Positions 23,365-36,512 of a stretch of DNA of 64,000 bases are shown one piece after another. Source of the DNA: Octopus sinensis (lineage: Eukaryota); the NCBI RefSeq assembly GCF_006345805.1, contig NW_021833433.1, positions 1 through 64,000 of the forward strand. Reading direction: 5' to 3'. The notes below the pieces were generated by a model. It did no database searches. It was not told the origin of the DNA and saw nothing but the letters and a program-made list of their open reading frames with translations. A program made the position numbers and the translations under genes. Each line of letters begins with the position of its first letter. The first letter of the stretch is position 1.

Positions 23365-23850
23365 GAACCCCTATCTTGCTCAGAACACTGACCTCCTGGA
23401 ATCTGTTCAGAGATGTGCAACCAAACGCATACCCTCCATCAGATACCTACCATACTCTGAGCGCCTTGTTTCCCTGGGCATGGATTCACTGAAGCTCCGG
23501 CGTCTGGCGATGGACTTGGTAAACACCCACAAAGTTATCAACCACCTCACCAACAACAACACTGAACAACTTTTTGATCTCATGTGTCCAACACATGTGG
23601 ACATGCCTACAAGTCAGAAAAAGCACAGCTCCCATGACTTTCGGAAACATTTTTTCACGCTCAGAGTTGCTGAAGCATGGAACAAACTGCCTGCATCAGT
23701 TGTTGACTGCCATGACACTGCATCCTTTAAGGCCCTCATGCTTTCTGAAATCCGCCGAAACTACACCTGATTATACATACACTTTAGATGAGTTGTAGTG
23801 CACCTGAGCACTGTACACAATGTTTTTATTATTATTATTATTATTATTAT
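23360..23850 (+). mobile_element. CR1-clade LINE 3' end with (ATT)n tail
   Basis: WNPYLAQNTDLLESVQRCATKRIP..LPYSERL..LKLRRL..RKHFFTLRVAEAWNKLPASVV..FK; ATT repeats at ~23826-23850. Confidence 0.85.
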
Positions 23851-23871
23851 CATCAACATCAAGGTGGTGAG

Positions 23872-24200
23872 CTGGTAGAATCGCTAGCACACCAGGTGAA
23901 ATGCTTAGCAGTATATCATCTGTCCTTGCGTTCAGAGTTCAGATTCTGACAGGGTGAACCTTGCCTTTCATCCTTTCACGTTGCCTCAGTTCACTCAGCT
24001 GTAGAAATGAGTTGTGACATCACTGGTGCCAAGCTGTATCGGCCCCTTTGCCTTTCCCTTGGATAACATCAGTGGCATGGAGAGGAAGAGACTGGTATGC
24101 ACCGGGCAATTGCTGGTCTTCCAGACATCCTTGCCCAGACTTCTGCCTCAGAGAGGAAACTGTGAAGGTGCAATTTTATGGTCCTTCTCGATGAAAAAAA
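23872..24200 (+). mobile_element. Chimeric SINE: family B head joined to family D body
   Basis: ggtggtgagctggtagaatc..ttgcctttcatcctttc then gttgcctcagttcactcagctgtagaaatgag..ggtgccaagctgtatc, which matches 33490-33685 in reverse. Confidence 0.65.
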
Positions 24201-24288
24201 TTAAGGTTTGGGGCTTATAATCTTTAATATTAAACTATTTTCTTCAGTTATTGCACAGTGATCATTTGTAAGATTTAAGCTTATAAAA

Positions 24289-24319
<31 letters not shown>

Positions 24320-24331
24320 TACAGATATATA

Positions 24332-26078
24332 GGCGTAGGAGTGGCTGTGTGGTAAGTAGCTTGCTTACGAACCACATGGTTCCGGGTTCAGTCCCACTGC
24401 GTGGCACCTTGGGCAAGTGTCTTCTACTATAGCCTCGGGCCGACCAAAGCCTTGTGAGTGGATTTGGTAGATGGAAACTGAAAGAAGCCCGTCATATATA
24501 TGTTTATATATATATGTATGTGTATATGTTTGTGTGTCTGTGTTTGTCCCCCCCCCCCAACATCACTTGACAACCGATGCTGGTGTATTTATGTCCCCGT
24601 TACTTAGCGGTTCGGCAAAAGTGACCGATAGAATAAGTACTAGGCTTACAATGAATAAGTCCTGGGGTCGATTTGCTCGACTAAAAAGGTGGTGCTCCAG
24701 CATGGCCGCAGTCAAATGACTGAAACAAGTAAAAGAGTAAAGAGTTGGCTGTGTGGTAAGTAGCTTGCCTACCAACCACATGGTTCTGGGTTCAGTCCCA
24801 CTGCGTGGCATCTTGGGCAAGTGTCTTCTACTATAGCCTCGGGCCGACCAAGGCCTTGTGAGTGGATTTGGTAGACGGAAACTGAAAGAAGCCCGTTGTA
24901 TATATATCTGTGTGTGTGTGTATATGCTTGTATGTGTTTGTTCCCCACCATTGCTTGACAACCGATGCTGGTGTGTTTATGTCCCCTGTAACTTAGCAGT
25001 TCGGCAAAAAGAGACCGACAGAATAAGTACTAGGCTTACAAAGAATAGAATAAGTCCTGGGGTCAATTTGCTCGACTAAAAAGGCGATGCTCCAGCATGG
25101 CCGCAGTCAAATGACTGAAACAAGTAAAAGAGTAAAGAGTTGGCTGTGTGGTAAGTAGCTTGCCTACCAACCACATGGTTCTGGGTTCAGTCCCACTGCG
25201 TGGCATCTTGGGCAAGTGTCTTCTGCTATAGCCTTGGGCCGACCAATGCCTTGTGAGTGGATTTGGTAGACGGAAACTGAAAGAAGCCTGTCGTATATAT
25301 GTATATATATATGTATGTGTATGTGTATATGTTTGTGTGTCTGTGTTTGTCCCCCAACATCGCTTGACAACTTATTTATTTTTTGGAATCTTCAGAAAAT
25401 TATTACGTTCGAAAATTTTACCAATTTTTTTTACACAAAGTAAATAATTTTTTTAAACAAACTGGAAGAAGCCCGTCATATATATGTATATGTGTGTATA
25501 TGTTTGTATGCCTGTGTTTGTCCCCCCCAACATCGCTTGACAACCGATGCTGGTGTGTTCGGCAAAAGAGATCGATAGAATAAGTACTAGGCTTAAAAAG
25601 AATAAGTCCTGGGGTCGAGTTGCTCAACTAAAAAGGTGGTGCTCCACCATGGCCAGTCAAATGACTGAAACAAGTTGGCTGTGTGGTAAGTAGCTTGCTA
25701 ACCAACCACATGGTTCTGGGTTCAGTCCCACTGCGTGGCATCTTGGGCAAGTGTCTTCTGCTATAGCCTTGGGCCGACCAATGCCTTGTGAGTGGATTTG
25801 GTAGACGGAAACTGAAAGAAGCCTGTCGTATATATGTATATGTATATATGTATGTGTATATGTTTGTATGTCTGTGTTTGTCCCCCTAGCATTGCTTGAC
25901 AACCGATGCTGGTGTGTTTACGTTCACGTAACTCAGCGGTTCGGCAAAAGAGACCGATAGAATAAGTACTGGGCTTACAAAGAATAGAATAAGTCCAGGG
26001 GTCGATTTGCTCGACTAAAAAGGCGGTGCTCCAGCATGGCCGCAGTAAAATTACTGAAACAAGTAAAAGAGTAAAAAC
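24332..26078 (+). mobile_element. Head-to-tail cluster of 4-5 SINE family A copies
   Basis: Copies at ~24332-24744, 24745-25139, 25140-25370, 25461-25674 and 25675-26078; later copies begin at ttggctgtgtggtaag directly after the aaagag tail. Confidence 0.9.
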
Positions 26079-26123
26079 GAGTATATATATATATATATAT
26101 ATATATGCGTATAGATCACTCAC

Positions 26124-26440
26124 CTGTATATGCATACTGCACAAGTGCACTTAGTGCATCAGCATCAACATCCTTCATCTTCACCTCATCCATTTTGGCT
26201 TCACGGACGTCATTGGTGAACATAGCAGCAAAGTAGTCGGAGGCGACACTGAGCACCAGCCGGTGGGCAGGGATACGTTTCTGACCCGCGATCAGGGTCA
26301 CGTCGCACAGTGTGCGCTTGCACACGTAGCCCTCCATCTTGCACATCATGCGCTCCGAGTGGTTCATCGAGCGATATACGTCGCCGAGCTCGTCCATCTT
26401 GTTGCTCTGATAGTTGGCATAGGTGTGGTTGACCAGGTAC
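26124..26440 (-). CDS. KLHL5: Internal coding exon of a Kelch-like (KLHL1/4/5 subfamily) gene encoding the BTB/POZ domain
   Basis: Open frame (R)YLVNHTYANYQSNKMDELGDVYRSMNHSERMMCKMEGYVCKRTLCDVTLIAGQKRIPAHRLVLSVASDYFAAMFTNDVREAKMDEVKMKDVDADALSALVQYAYTG. The stretch AHRLVLS..SDYFAAMFTNDVREA....QYAYTG closely resembles vertebrate KLHL5 as I recall it. Acceptor ctctctctcctcaccccAG|G at 26441/26440 (phase 2); donor ACAG|GTGAGT at 26124/26123 (phase 1). The symbol means KLHL5-like; KLHL1/KLHL4 cannot be excluded. Confidence 0.9.
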
Positions 26441-26859
26441 CTGGGGTGAGGAGAGAGAGAGGGAGAGAGTGAGTCAGATGTAGATGTTATGAATGTTGGT
26501 CAAACAGAGAGCAATAGAGAAAGACAAGACAATATACAAGTAATTGGATGATGAACACCTGACACACAGACAGACAGGTAGGTACCTGGGGTGAGGAGAT
26601 AGAGAGGGAGAGAGGGAGTCAGAATGTTGGTCAAACAGAGAGCAATAGAGAAAGTAAGACATACAAGTAATTGGATGATGAACACCTGACACACAGACAG
26701 ACAGGTAGGTATGTAGGTAAGCATGTTATTGACCAAGTATCTGGGGTAGAAAGCTTGAGAGATACAGTTATGTAAGATGGATCTATCCACCCTACATGGG
26801 ACAAAATGTGTTTGGCCTCTTAATACAACTAAATAGCAGTGTTTGGACAGGACAAGAGG

Positions 26860-27295
26860 GAATCCAGTCTTCACACACACACACACACAGGCACATGGAT
26901 ATGTATACACAAACTATCTTGGACAGGCAAATGGATATATAGACACACACACACATACACACATAAACACAGTCTGTCTTCAACAGGCAGATGAATGTGT
27001 ACACACACACACACACAAACATACATACATACACACAGTATCTTGGGCAGGCAGATGGCTATGTAGACACACACATACACACACAAACATACATATACAT
27101 ACACTATCTTAGACAGGCAGATGGAAATGTAGACACACACACAAACACACAAACATACACACACACACACAAACATACATACACAAACATACACACACAC
27201 ACACACACACATAGACACAAACACATACACACAAACACATACACACAAGCATACACACACAAGCATACACACACAAACACACACACACACACAAG

Positions 27296-27337
<42 letters not shown>

Positions 27338-27450
27338 AGCATAACACACACACACACACACACAAACATACACACACACACAAGCATACACACAACACCC
27401 CACACACACACACCAAACATACACACACACACAAGCATACACACACACAC

Positions 27451-27484
<34 letters not shown>

Positions 27485-27842
27485 TACACACACAAACATA
27501 CACACACACACAAGCATACACACACAAACACACACACAAGCATACACACACAACATACATACACACACACCACACAAACATACACACACAAAATACGCAA
27601 ACAACACCACACACAAACACACACACACAAACATACACACACACACAAACACACACACACACACAACACCACACACACAACACCACAACACAAACACACA
27701 CACACACACCAAACACACCACACACACAAACACACAAACATCACACACAAACACACACACACAAACACACCACAAAACACACACACACAAACACACACAA
27801 ACATACACACACAAACACACACACACAAACACACACACACAA

Positions 27843-27873
<31 letters not shown>

Positions 27874-27900
27874 AACATACACACACAAACATACACAGAT
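26860..27900. repeat. ~1-kb imperfect (CA)n tract
   Basis: Directly visible; source of C/V-rich ORFs. Confidence 0.95.
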
Positions 27901-27983
27901 GCAAAATAAATAAACACAGCAACACACATTTCAACTGACAGACATACAAAAACTACCAGCCATATATATATATACAGCAGTCT

Positions 27984-28140
27984 AGGTGATTAGCTTCATG
28001 GTTAGGGTGTCAGACTCACGATCGCAAGATTGCGGTTTCAATTCCTGGACCGGGCGATGTATAGTGTTCTTGGGCAAAACTCTTCATTTTCACATTATTC
28101 CAGGCCACGCAGCTGGCAAAAATGAATAGGGGAATACGTA
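27984..28140 (+). mobile_element. Degenerate tRNA/CORE-like SINE 5' part (family D)
   Basis: tggttagggtgtcagactcacgatc..ggtttcaattcctggaccgggcg..tgttcttgggcaaaac..cagctggcaaaaatga. Confidence 0.6.
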
Positions 28141-28197
28141 TGCCACTGGCCCTTTACGCCCCTATGGCCCAGGAAGAAGCTTTTAGCTTTCCCTTTT

Positions 28198-28229
<32 letters not shown>

Positions 28230-28654
28230 GCTGAATAAACAGAGGTACACACACAAATTATACACGTGATCCTTTAAATTAACTAAAATTCACATCTGAC
28301 TCATTAATACAATTAAGGGAGAGGCACACCACCACCACCACCACCATCCCGACCGCACCCCCTCTCCTCCCCTACAACACCTAGATCCCTTTACACCGCC
28401 ACCACCACCACCACAGCCTTTACACCTCTTTCATAGTCTTTACAGGAAGTAGGGATATTTCAGGAAATAATGGTGATGTGATGGTGGTGGTGTTGGAGTG
28501 GAGCGAGGGAGGCGAGAGAGCACTGCCAGGGTGGCATAGGGGTGGCGGGGTATTGTAGTGGCAGTGAAGTACATTACAGGTTAAGGAACAGCAGCTGGGT
28601 TACTAAAACCAAGGTGTGATGGAGAAAGCAATGGTGGGGATGATCACAGCTGGG

Positions 28655-29660
28655 GCTAAACAAGGAAGGGCACATTGGATAATGTAGTCCTAGATACACT
28701 ATGTCAATGTAAGATAGGATGGTCACATCTGGAACATCTTTGATCATAGGTCTGCTGGATCAGGAATGACCCAGGGTTAAATAACATTAACAAGGAAGGA
28801 CACATTGGATAATGTAGTCCTAGATACACTATGTCAGAATAAAAGACAGGGTGGTCACTCCTGGAATATCTTTGATCATAGGTTTGCTGGATCAGTTCAG
28901 ACCTTGGGCTAAACAACATCAACAAGTAAAGCCACATTGGATAATGTAGTCCTAGATACACTATGTCAGAATAAAAGACAGGATGGTCACATCTGGAACA
29001 TCTTTGATCCATAGGTCTGCTGGATCAGGAATGACCTAGGGTTAAATAACACCAACAAGGAAGGACACATTAGATAATGTAGTCCTAGATACACTATGTC
29101 TGAATATAAGACAGGATGGTCACATCTGGAACATCTTTGATCATAGGTGTGCTGGATCAGGAATGACCCAGGGTTAAATAACACCAACAAGGAAGGATAC
29201 ATTGGATAATGTAGTCCTAGATACACTATGCCTGAATCAAAAACAGGATGGTCACATCTGGAACATCTTTGATCATAGGTCTGCTGGATCAGGAATGGTC
29301 CAGGGTTAAATGGACCAACAAGGTAGGACACATTGGATAATGTAGTCCTAGATACACTATGTCTGAATATAAGACAGGATGGTCACATCTGGAACATCTT
29401 TGATCATAGGTCTGCTGGATCAGGAATGACCCAGGGTTAAATGGACCACACATTGGATAATGTAGTCCTAGATACACAATGTCTGAATACAAGACAGGAT
29501 GGTCACATCTGGAACATCTTTGATCATAGATCTGCTGGATCAGGAATGACACATTAGATAATGTAGTCCTAGATACACTATGTCAATGTAAGATAGGATG
29601 GTCACAGCTAGAACACTTGATCATTGATTTGATGGGTCAGGAATGACTTAGGGTTAAAGA
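28655..29660 (+). repeat. Tandem array of ~132-bp units (8 copies)
   Basis: aatgtagtcctagatacac recurs at 28681, 28811, 28943, 29076, 29208, 29339, 29459 and 29560. Confidence 0.95.
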
Positions 29661-30996
29661 ACTACAACTGGAACCACCACCACCACCAACTACCACCATG
29701 ACCACACCAGCACCACTATCAGTAGCAGACACTACAACCACCACATACATACCACTACACAGCACAACCCACCACCACCCTAATACTACCACAATAACCC
29801 TTATCACTAATGCTACATTACATGACTGCCACTACTACATCAACTACATCCTATACTGCAATTACAACTACAAACAAAACCAACACCACCGCTACAACAA
29901 CCAACACATTAGGACCCCTATCATTACCACCACTACTACTACTGCCACACCTCACCACCACCACCACCATTCCCATTTTTGTCCTACAACTTCTACCACC
30001 ACCTCACCATCCCCTACTGCTACCCACTACAACTCCCACCTCCCCCACCACCATCGCCTTTAGCATCACCCACTTGTATACATCCAACCACCACCACCGC
30101 CACAGCATGACTAACCACCGCCTCCCTAGCCCGCCTGCCCACCCAGCCCCCCAAAGTTAATTGGTGTGTGAAGATAGTTAAAGCAGAGAGAGGAATTTGA
30201 ACTCGTTGCGTCACAGTTCACTGCTCAACTTTGTAGGACAGGGTACTGCTACTGGTTGTGGTGGTGGTGGGCAGGGATGGCAGCGATAGTGAGAGGAACC
30301 AGATTTCACAATGAACATCACTGAAATGCAGACACCCCTACCATGCCCCCATCTCCACCTACACAACCGACAAATATTAGTTAACACCACTACATACATC
30401 TACTTATACTGTTGTGGTTACAACATACTGTTACCTACACTGCCACTGTATGCAACGGAATGAACATCACATACTACCATCTATGGTTCTCAGCCATCTT
30501 TTATCTATGCACCCCTTTGATTACAATTTTATTCCTGGTGGAGACCCTTTACATATATATAATATTTTTTCTTTCGTTCTGGCTTAACAGCTCTCAATGT
30601 CTGTTACTGTTATTCTCCTTGTCCTGTCCTTTACTGTTTATATTTTGTACTGTCGTTACTGTCCTGTTTTTGTTTCCATTTTTACCCCTCCGCAAAAAAA
30701 TCTCAAATTTTATTTAATTTGATTTTCGCGGGAAGGAATGTTTCATTAAAGTCATGTCTCGCCTTGACCTTCAAAACGCGGAGTAGATGAAACAAAGGCG
30801 ACTGAAGAAGGGGAATTTTCCTTGTTTTGTATGTCCTGTACTCTATTTTTTCGTTGTTTAAGAAAAATGTCCATTTCCTTGGTTTTGTGTTCGACTTTTT
30901 TCTGACGTCCTGTACCCATATATGCATGTATATATACATGTAGAGGTAGGTACGTACATATATGTAGATAAATTAGATAGAGATAGATAGATAGAT

Positions 30997-31061
<65 letters not shown>

Positions 31062-31267
31062 TAGATAAATAGACAGATAGATAGATATACAGAGATAGAT
31101 AAATAGATAGATAGAGATATATGATATGCATCTTTCATTCCTATGTACTAGTGTAGCTCAAATCTACAGAAAGCGAAAGATGAAGACAGGTGAAGGAAAA
31201 ACAAGCAGGTTTATTTGAGGACTCTGAAGAAGAGTCGGAGAGAGAAAACTACATACACACACACACA

Positions 31268-31455
31268 CATATATTCATCATCATCATTGTTTAACGTCCG
31301 TATCTATGCTAGCATGGGTTGGACGGTTCGACCGGGGATCTGGGAAGCCAGAAGGCTGCACCAGGCTCCAGTCTGATCTGGCAGAGTTTCTACGGCTGGA
31401 TGCCCTTCCTAACGCCAACCACTCCGTGAGTGTAGTGGGTGCTTTTTACGGGCCA
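31268..31455 (-). mobile_element. RTE 3' UTR with GAT tail
   Basis: catcatcatcattgtttaacgtcc..ctggatgcccttcctaacgccaaccactcc. Confidence 0.75.
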
Positions 31456-31463
31456 CCTGCACA

Positions 31464-31500
<37 letters not shown>

Positions 31501-31611
31501 CACAGAAGTTTGCATCTCAACCACATGGTTCCAGGTTCAATCCCAATGTGGGGTTAAGGAGTTTGTTTCCCAACCACATGGTTTCATGTCAAGTCCTACC
31601 TATACATCTAT

Positions 31612-31661
<50 letters not shown>

Positions 31662-32885
31662 CCAAGAAGAAAGCAACAAGAATGAATTGGTAATTTAGTA
31701 CAATTGTTTCATACTAAAACATTTTATTAAAGCTGCAAAAATTACAGCAAATATAATGTCAAGTAATCTTCAGCTAATTCCATATAAGTTTTCCAAACAT
31801 CTTAGAGAGTGTAAATATACTTATAAAGTTATAGATGTGAGCTCCAGGAACTTGAAGCAGGATTCCAAGCAGACCATATATGCTTTCCAACAATACAAAG
31901 TTCTTAAATTAATTAGTGACATCCCAGAGAAGGTAAATATACTCATAAAGATGTGGATACATCTTATACATACCTATATACACACACACATCTATAAATG
32001 TTTTTATACATATAAACGTGTGTATATGCATGTATGTATATCTATGCCTCTGTGTGCATGTGTGTGTGTGCACCTTCTATATGTTTCAGCCCAATGGCTG
32101 CGGCCATGCTGGGGCACATACAAGTGTATGTGTACCCGCACATCTACGCATGCATGTGGGTACATACATCTTGGAATGCAATGTATATATGTATTCCATG
32201 CCCAAGTGTGTGTGTGTGTGTGTGTGTGGTGTGTTGCGTGCGAGCGCATGCGTGTCTATGCGTTTATGTGTGTCTTATGCACGTCTGCATGCCCAACCGC
32301 CCGCATGCATGCATGAGGTGCGATATGAATCTGAACAAAGACAGAGAGCATGAAAGAAAATAGGAAGTTATGCGTCATTACACTCCCACCCCTAAACCCC
32401 ATCACACATCCTATCCACCCACCCCCCCTCCCACCACCGCCTGCCCCCCCCTACATCGCAGTGCATCCAACCTTCACGCTCCCTCCCTCCCTCCCTCCTT
32501 CTCAAACAATTGTCTAGTCACTGCACGCGTGCGCGCGCACACTGCAGACCACAAGCCGACACCCACACCACCCCACCCTCTCCGGTATTCATCCTCACCC
32601 CCACCCCATTCCCGCTCCCTACACCACCCTGTCTGACTCCACCCAAGAAATATTTCTACTCAGCAACGAAATGATTCAGACCAAGGGAGGGAGGGAGAGG
32701 AGAGGGGGTGGGGGTGGCCAGAGGAAAAGACAGTGGAGGGAGAGGGTGTGAGGAAGGTGGGTGGGCAGGTGGGTAGGGGTTTGAATGAATGAAGAGGAAG
32801 GAAATGGAGGTGGAGGATGGAGGGTGTGGGGAGAAAGAAATCATTTAATATATAAAGTATCACAGAAAATACCAAGTATGTGTGT

Positions 32886-32934
<49 letters not shown>

Positions 32935-33235
32935 GGATAGATAGACAGACAGACAGACAGATGGATAGCTAGATAGATAGATATACAGGTAGATAGACAG
33001 ACAGACAGATAGATGGATAGATAGACAAATAGATAGACAGGTAGATAGACAGACACACAGATAGATGGATAGACAGACAGATAGATAGACAGGTAGATAG
33101 ACAGACAGACAGATAGATGGATAGATAGACAAATAGATAGATAGATAAATAGATAGATAGAGAGATAGATAGATAGAGATAGATAGATAGATAGATAAAT
33201 AGTTAGATGATAGATAGATAGATAGATAGAAAGAT

Positions 33236-33266
<31 letters not shown>

Positions 33267-33359
33267 GATGGATAGATGGATGGATGGATAGGTAGATAGA
33301 TAAGATAGATAGATAGAAAGATAGATAGATAGATAGAATTACTCCGGCATTATTTCATA

Positions 33360-33685
33360 AAGTAAAAGGTAAAGACCCCCTTTGATCACAAATGAACAAT
33401 GTGATTGCACTTGTGCCTACAAGACCCCTTTCGATCACAAATGACCATGTGATTGCACTTGTGCCTACAAATTATATTAAAGACCCCCTTCAGTCATGGA
33501 CGACCATGGGATTGCACCTAGAAAGTTCCCCTCCGAGGCACAAGTCTGAACAAGGTTGTTTATGGAAGACCAGCAGTCACCCATGCATACCACCTTCTTC
33601 CCTCTCCATGCCCACTGATGTTACCCAAGGGAAAGGCAAAGGCTGATACAGCTTGGCACCAGTGACATCGCAGCTCATTTCTACC
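33360..33685 (-). mobile_element. SINE family D 3' part with duplicated tail segments
   Basis: agacccccttcagtcatg..gcttggcaccagtgacatcgcagctcatttctac; a ~50-bp tail segment is repeated at 33372-33470. Confidence 0.65.
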
Positions 33686-33807
33686 CAACACTTCTACACT
33701 GTAGGGTAGGTGTGAGTGGCTGGATCAGGCTAGTTTCAACATTAAAGCAAGGTAGAATATGGCCGGCTTAAATGCTACCAGGGTTAAACTTCAAAATAAT
33801 CTGTAAT

Positions 33808-34189
33808 GGAAGCACTCCGTCGGTTACGACGACGAGGGTTCCGGTTGATCCGAATCAACGGAACAGCCTGCTCGTGAAATTAACGTGTAAGTGGCTGAGC
33901 ACCCACAGTCACATGCACCCTTAACGCAGTTCTCGGGGATATTCAGCATGACACAGAGAGTGACAAGGCCGGCCCTTTGAAATACAGGTACAACAGAAAC
34001 AGGAAGTAAGAGTGAGAGAAAGTTGTGGTGGAAGAGTACAGCAGGGATCACCACCATCCCTGCCGGAGCCTCGTGGAGCTTTAGGTGTTTTCGCTCAATA
34101 AACACTCACAACGCCCGGTCTGGGAATCGAAACGGTGATCCTATGACTGCGAGTCCGCTGCCCTAACCACTGGGCCATTGCACCTCCAC
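33808..34189 (-). mobile_element. SINE family C, full length, tail type 2
   Basis: Near-identical reverse of 36121-36512; 10-bp TSD aatctgtaat (33798-33807, 34190-34199). Confidence 0.9.
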
Positions 34190-34439
34190 AATCTGTAATA
34201 CACACACACAGATAGATAAAGAGTTATGTAAGATTAAAATACACGGACAGACAGATAATACATATATAATAGCACAGATTAAACTAGATACGGTATCTCA
34301 GTAACATACTTATGTACGAACGAATGTAAATACAAGCAGGGATTTGCAGATAGGGGTCACCTACCAATTGGTATTTGTGCTAATTTGTTTGTATGCGGTG
34401 TGGGGTGGGGGCCGTCAGTTAACTGGAGTCACCCTAAAG

Positions 34440-34658
34440 CAGTGGTTTTCAACCAGGGTTCTGCGGAACCCTAAGGTTCTGCCAGTACAGTCCAGGGGTT
34501 CCGCAAGAAGTTACAAAACTGCTAAAATCGGCAGTAATTTTTAATTCTCCTGTGCAGATATGTGTGCATAAGACTATTAAATTATTGCACAGGGGTTCCT
34601 CGAGCCAGTGGAATGTTTCCTTGGGGTTCCGCACCAGCAAAAAGTTTGAAAAGCACTG
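34440..34658. mobile_element. hAT (Charlie-like) MITE
   Basis: TIR CAGTGGTTTTCAA / TTGAAAAGCACTG (12 of 13 match); perfect 8-bp TSD ccctaaag at 34432-34439 and 34659-34666. Confidence 0.85.
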
Positions 34659-34767
34659 CCCTAAAGAGACCCCTGTACACCATTTGATTATAGTGATAAA
34701 CGCTTGTACAACTCATGTACCACTGGGTCCCTGTTGTTAGTACCTAATGACGAAAGGGACTCAGTGG

Positions 34768-34890
34768 TACCGAGTGAACTGGAGCAATGTGAAATAAAGT
34801 GTCTTGCTCAAGAACACAACACAGAGCCCAGGCCAGGAATCGAACCCTCTGCCTCGTGATTGTGAGCCCAACGCTCTAACCACCGGGCTA
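34768..34890 (-). mobile_element. tRNA/CORE-like SINE head (family D)
   Basis: gagtgaactggagcaatgtgaaataaagtgtcttgctcaagaacac..ggaatcgaacc..gctctaaccac. Confidence 0.65.
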
Positions 34891-35063
34891 TGCACCTTCA
34901 CATTATATGTATACAGGGTAAAAAGCCCCTTCAGTCATGAATGACCATGGGGTTGCTAGTTGATACTGCTGTATTTGCATCTCTGTAACTTAGCGGTTCA
35001 GCAAAAGGAACTGATACAATAAGTGCCAGGCTTTTAAAAGCAAGTACTGGTGTCAATACTCTC

Positions 35064-35617
35064 TCTTTTACTCGTTTCAGTCATTTGGCTGCGGCCATGC
35101 TGGAGCACCGCCTTTTTTTTTAATCGAGCAACTTGACCCCAGTACTTATTCTATCGGTCTCTTTTGCCGAACCGCTAAGTAACGGGGACGTAAATACACC
35201 AGCATCGGTTGTCAAGCAATGCTAGGGGGACAAACACAGACACACACATATATATATATACACATACGACAGGCTTCTTTCAGTTTCTGTCTACCAAATC
35301 CACTCACAAGGCTTTGGTTGGCCCGAGGCTATAGTAGAAGACACTTGCCCAAGATGCCATGCAGTGGGACTGAACCCGGAACCATGTGGTTGGTTAGCAA
35401 GCTACTTACCACACAGCAACTCCTGCGCCTATATATATATATATACATATACATGACGGGCTTCTTTCAGTTTCCGTCTACCAAATCCACTCAGAAGGCT
35501 TTGGTTGGCCCGAGGCTATAGTAGAAGCCACTTGCCCAAGATGCCATGCAGTGGGACTGAACCCGGAACCGTGTGGTTGGTAAACAAGCTACTTACCACA
35601 CAGCCACTCCTGCGCCT
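35064..35617 (-). mobile_element. SINE family A: full copy (35064-35430) and 5' half (35448-35617)
   Basis: Both end in ccacacag.cactcctgcgcct; body matches the 24.3-26.1 kb copies. Confidence 0.9.
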
Positions 35618-36120
35618 ATATACATATATATACATATATACATTCGACTATAAACAAAAAATTCTTCAAGGCAGTACTCCAGCATGGCCACAGTCTAATG
35701 ACTGAAACAAATGACACACATGTATATGAAAAGGAAGAGAAAAAGTTGTAATATCGTCCGAGGGAATTGAACTCAAGATCTGCTGTAAACTGTATTGTTA
35801 TGCTTATGATAACACCAAGATGTCACGTCATCATCATCATGTCCACCATCCTTACCAGGCAATGGTTAGAATAGGGGATACCCAGACTTTTTAGACCATC
35901 AGCCCTTTCATGGAATCTTTGACCCCTCATCAGCCCTCAGGCCTGTACAAGGAAATGAATAGATATAATAATAATAATAAACTAGACATGCATTTATTGA
36001 CTCTTGAACCATCAACCTCTTGTGGTCAATATTGACCACTTTGGAGACCCCAGGGTTGGACCATTTGCCAAGATCCAATGATTCAGAGGACCACATTGTA
36101 CACCAGTGCACTACACACAA

Positions 36121-36512
36121 GTGGAGGCGCAATGGCCCAGTGGTTAGGGCAGCGGACTCGCGGTCGGAGGATCGCAGTTTTGATTCCCAGACCGGGCGTT
36201 GTGAGTGTTTATTGAGCGAAAACACCTAAAAGCTCCACGAGGCTCCGGCAGGGGATGGTGGTGATCCCTGTTGTACTCTTTCGCCTCACCTTTCTCTCAC
36301 TCCACTCTTACTTCCTGTTTCTGTTGTACCTGTATTTTCAAGGGGCCGGCCTTGTCACTCTCTGTGTCACGCTGAATATCCCCCCAGAACTACATTAAGG
36401 GTACATGTGTCTGTGGAGTGCTCAGCCACTTACACGTTAATTTCACGAGCAGGCTGTTCCGTTGATTCGGATCAACCGGAACCCTCGTCGTCGTAACCGA
36501 CGGAGTGCTTCC
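36121..36512 (+). mobile_element. SINE family C, full length, tail type 2
   Basis: tRNA-like head; 11-bp TSD actacacacaa (36110-36120, 36513-36523). Confidence 0.9.

Noticed and set aside
31700-31960. ORF 31756-32316 N-terminal part as an exon
   Set aside because: AT-rich, no motif, no convincing splice sites; the rest of the ORF is microsatellite.
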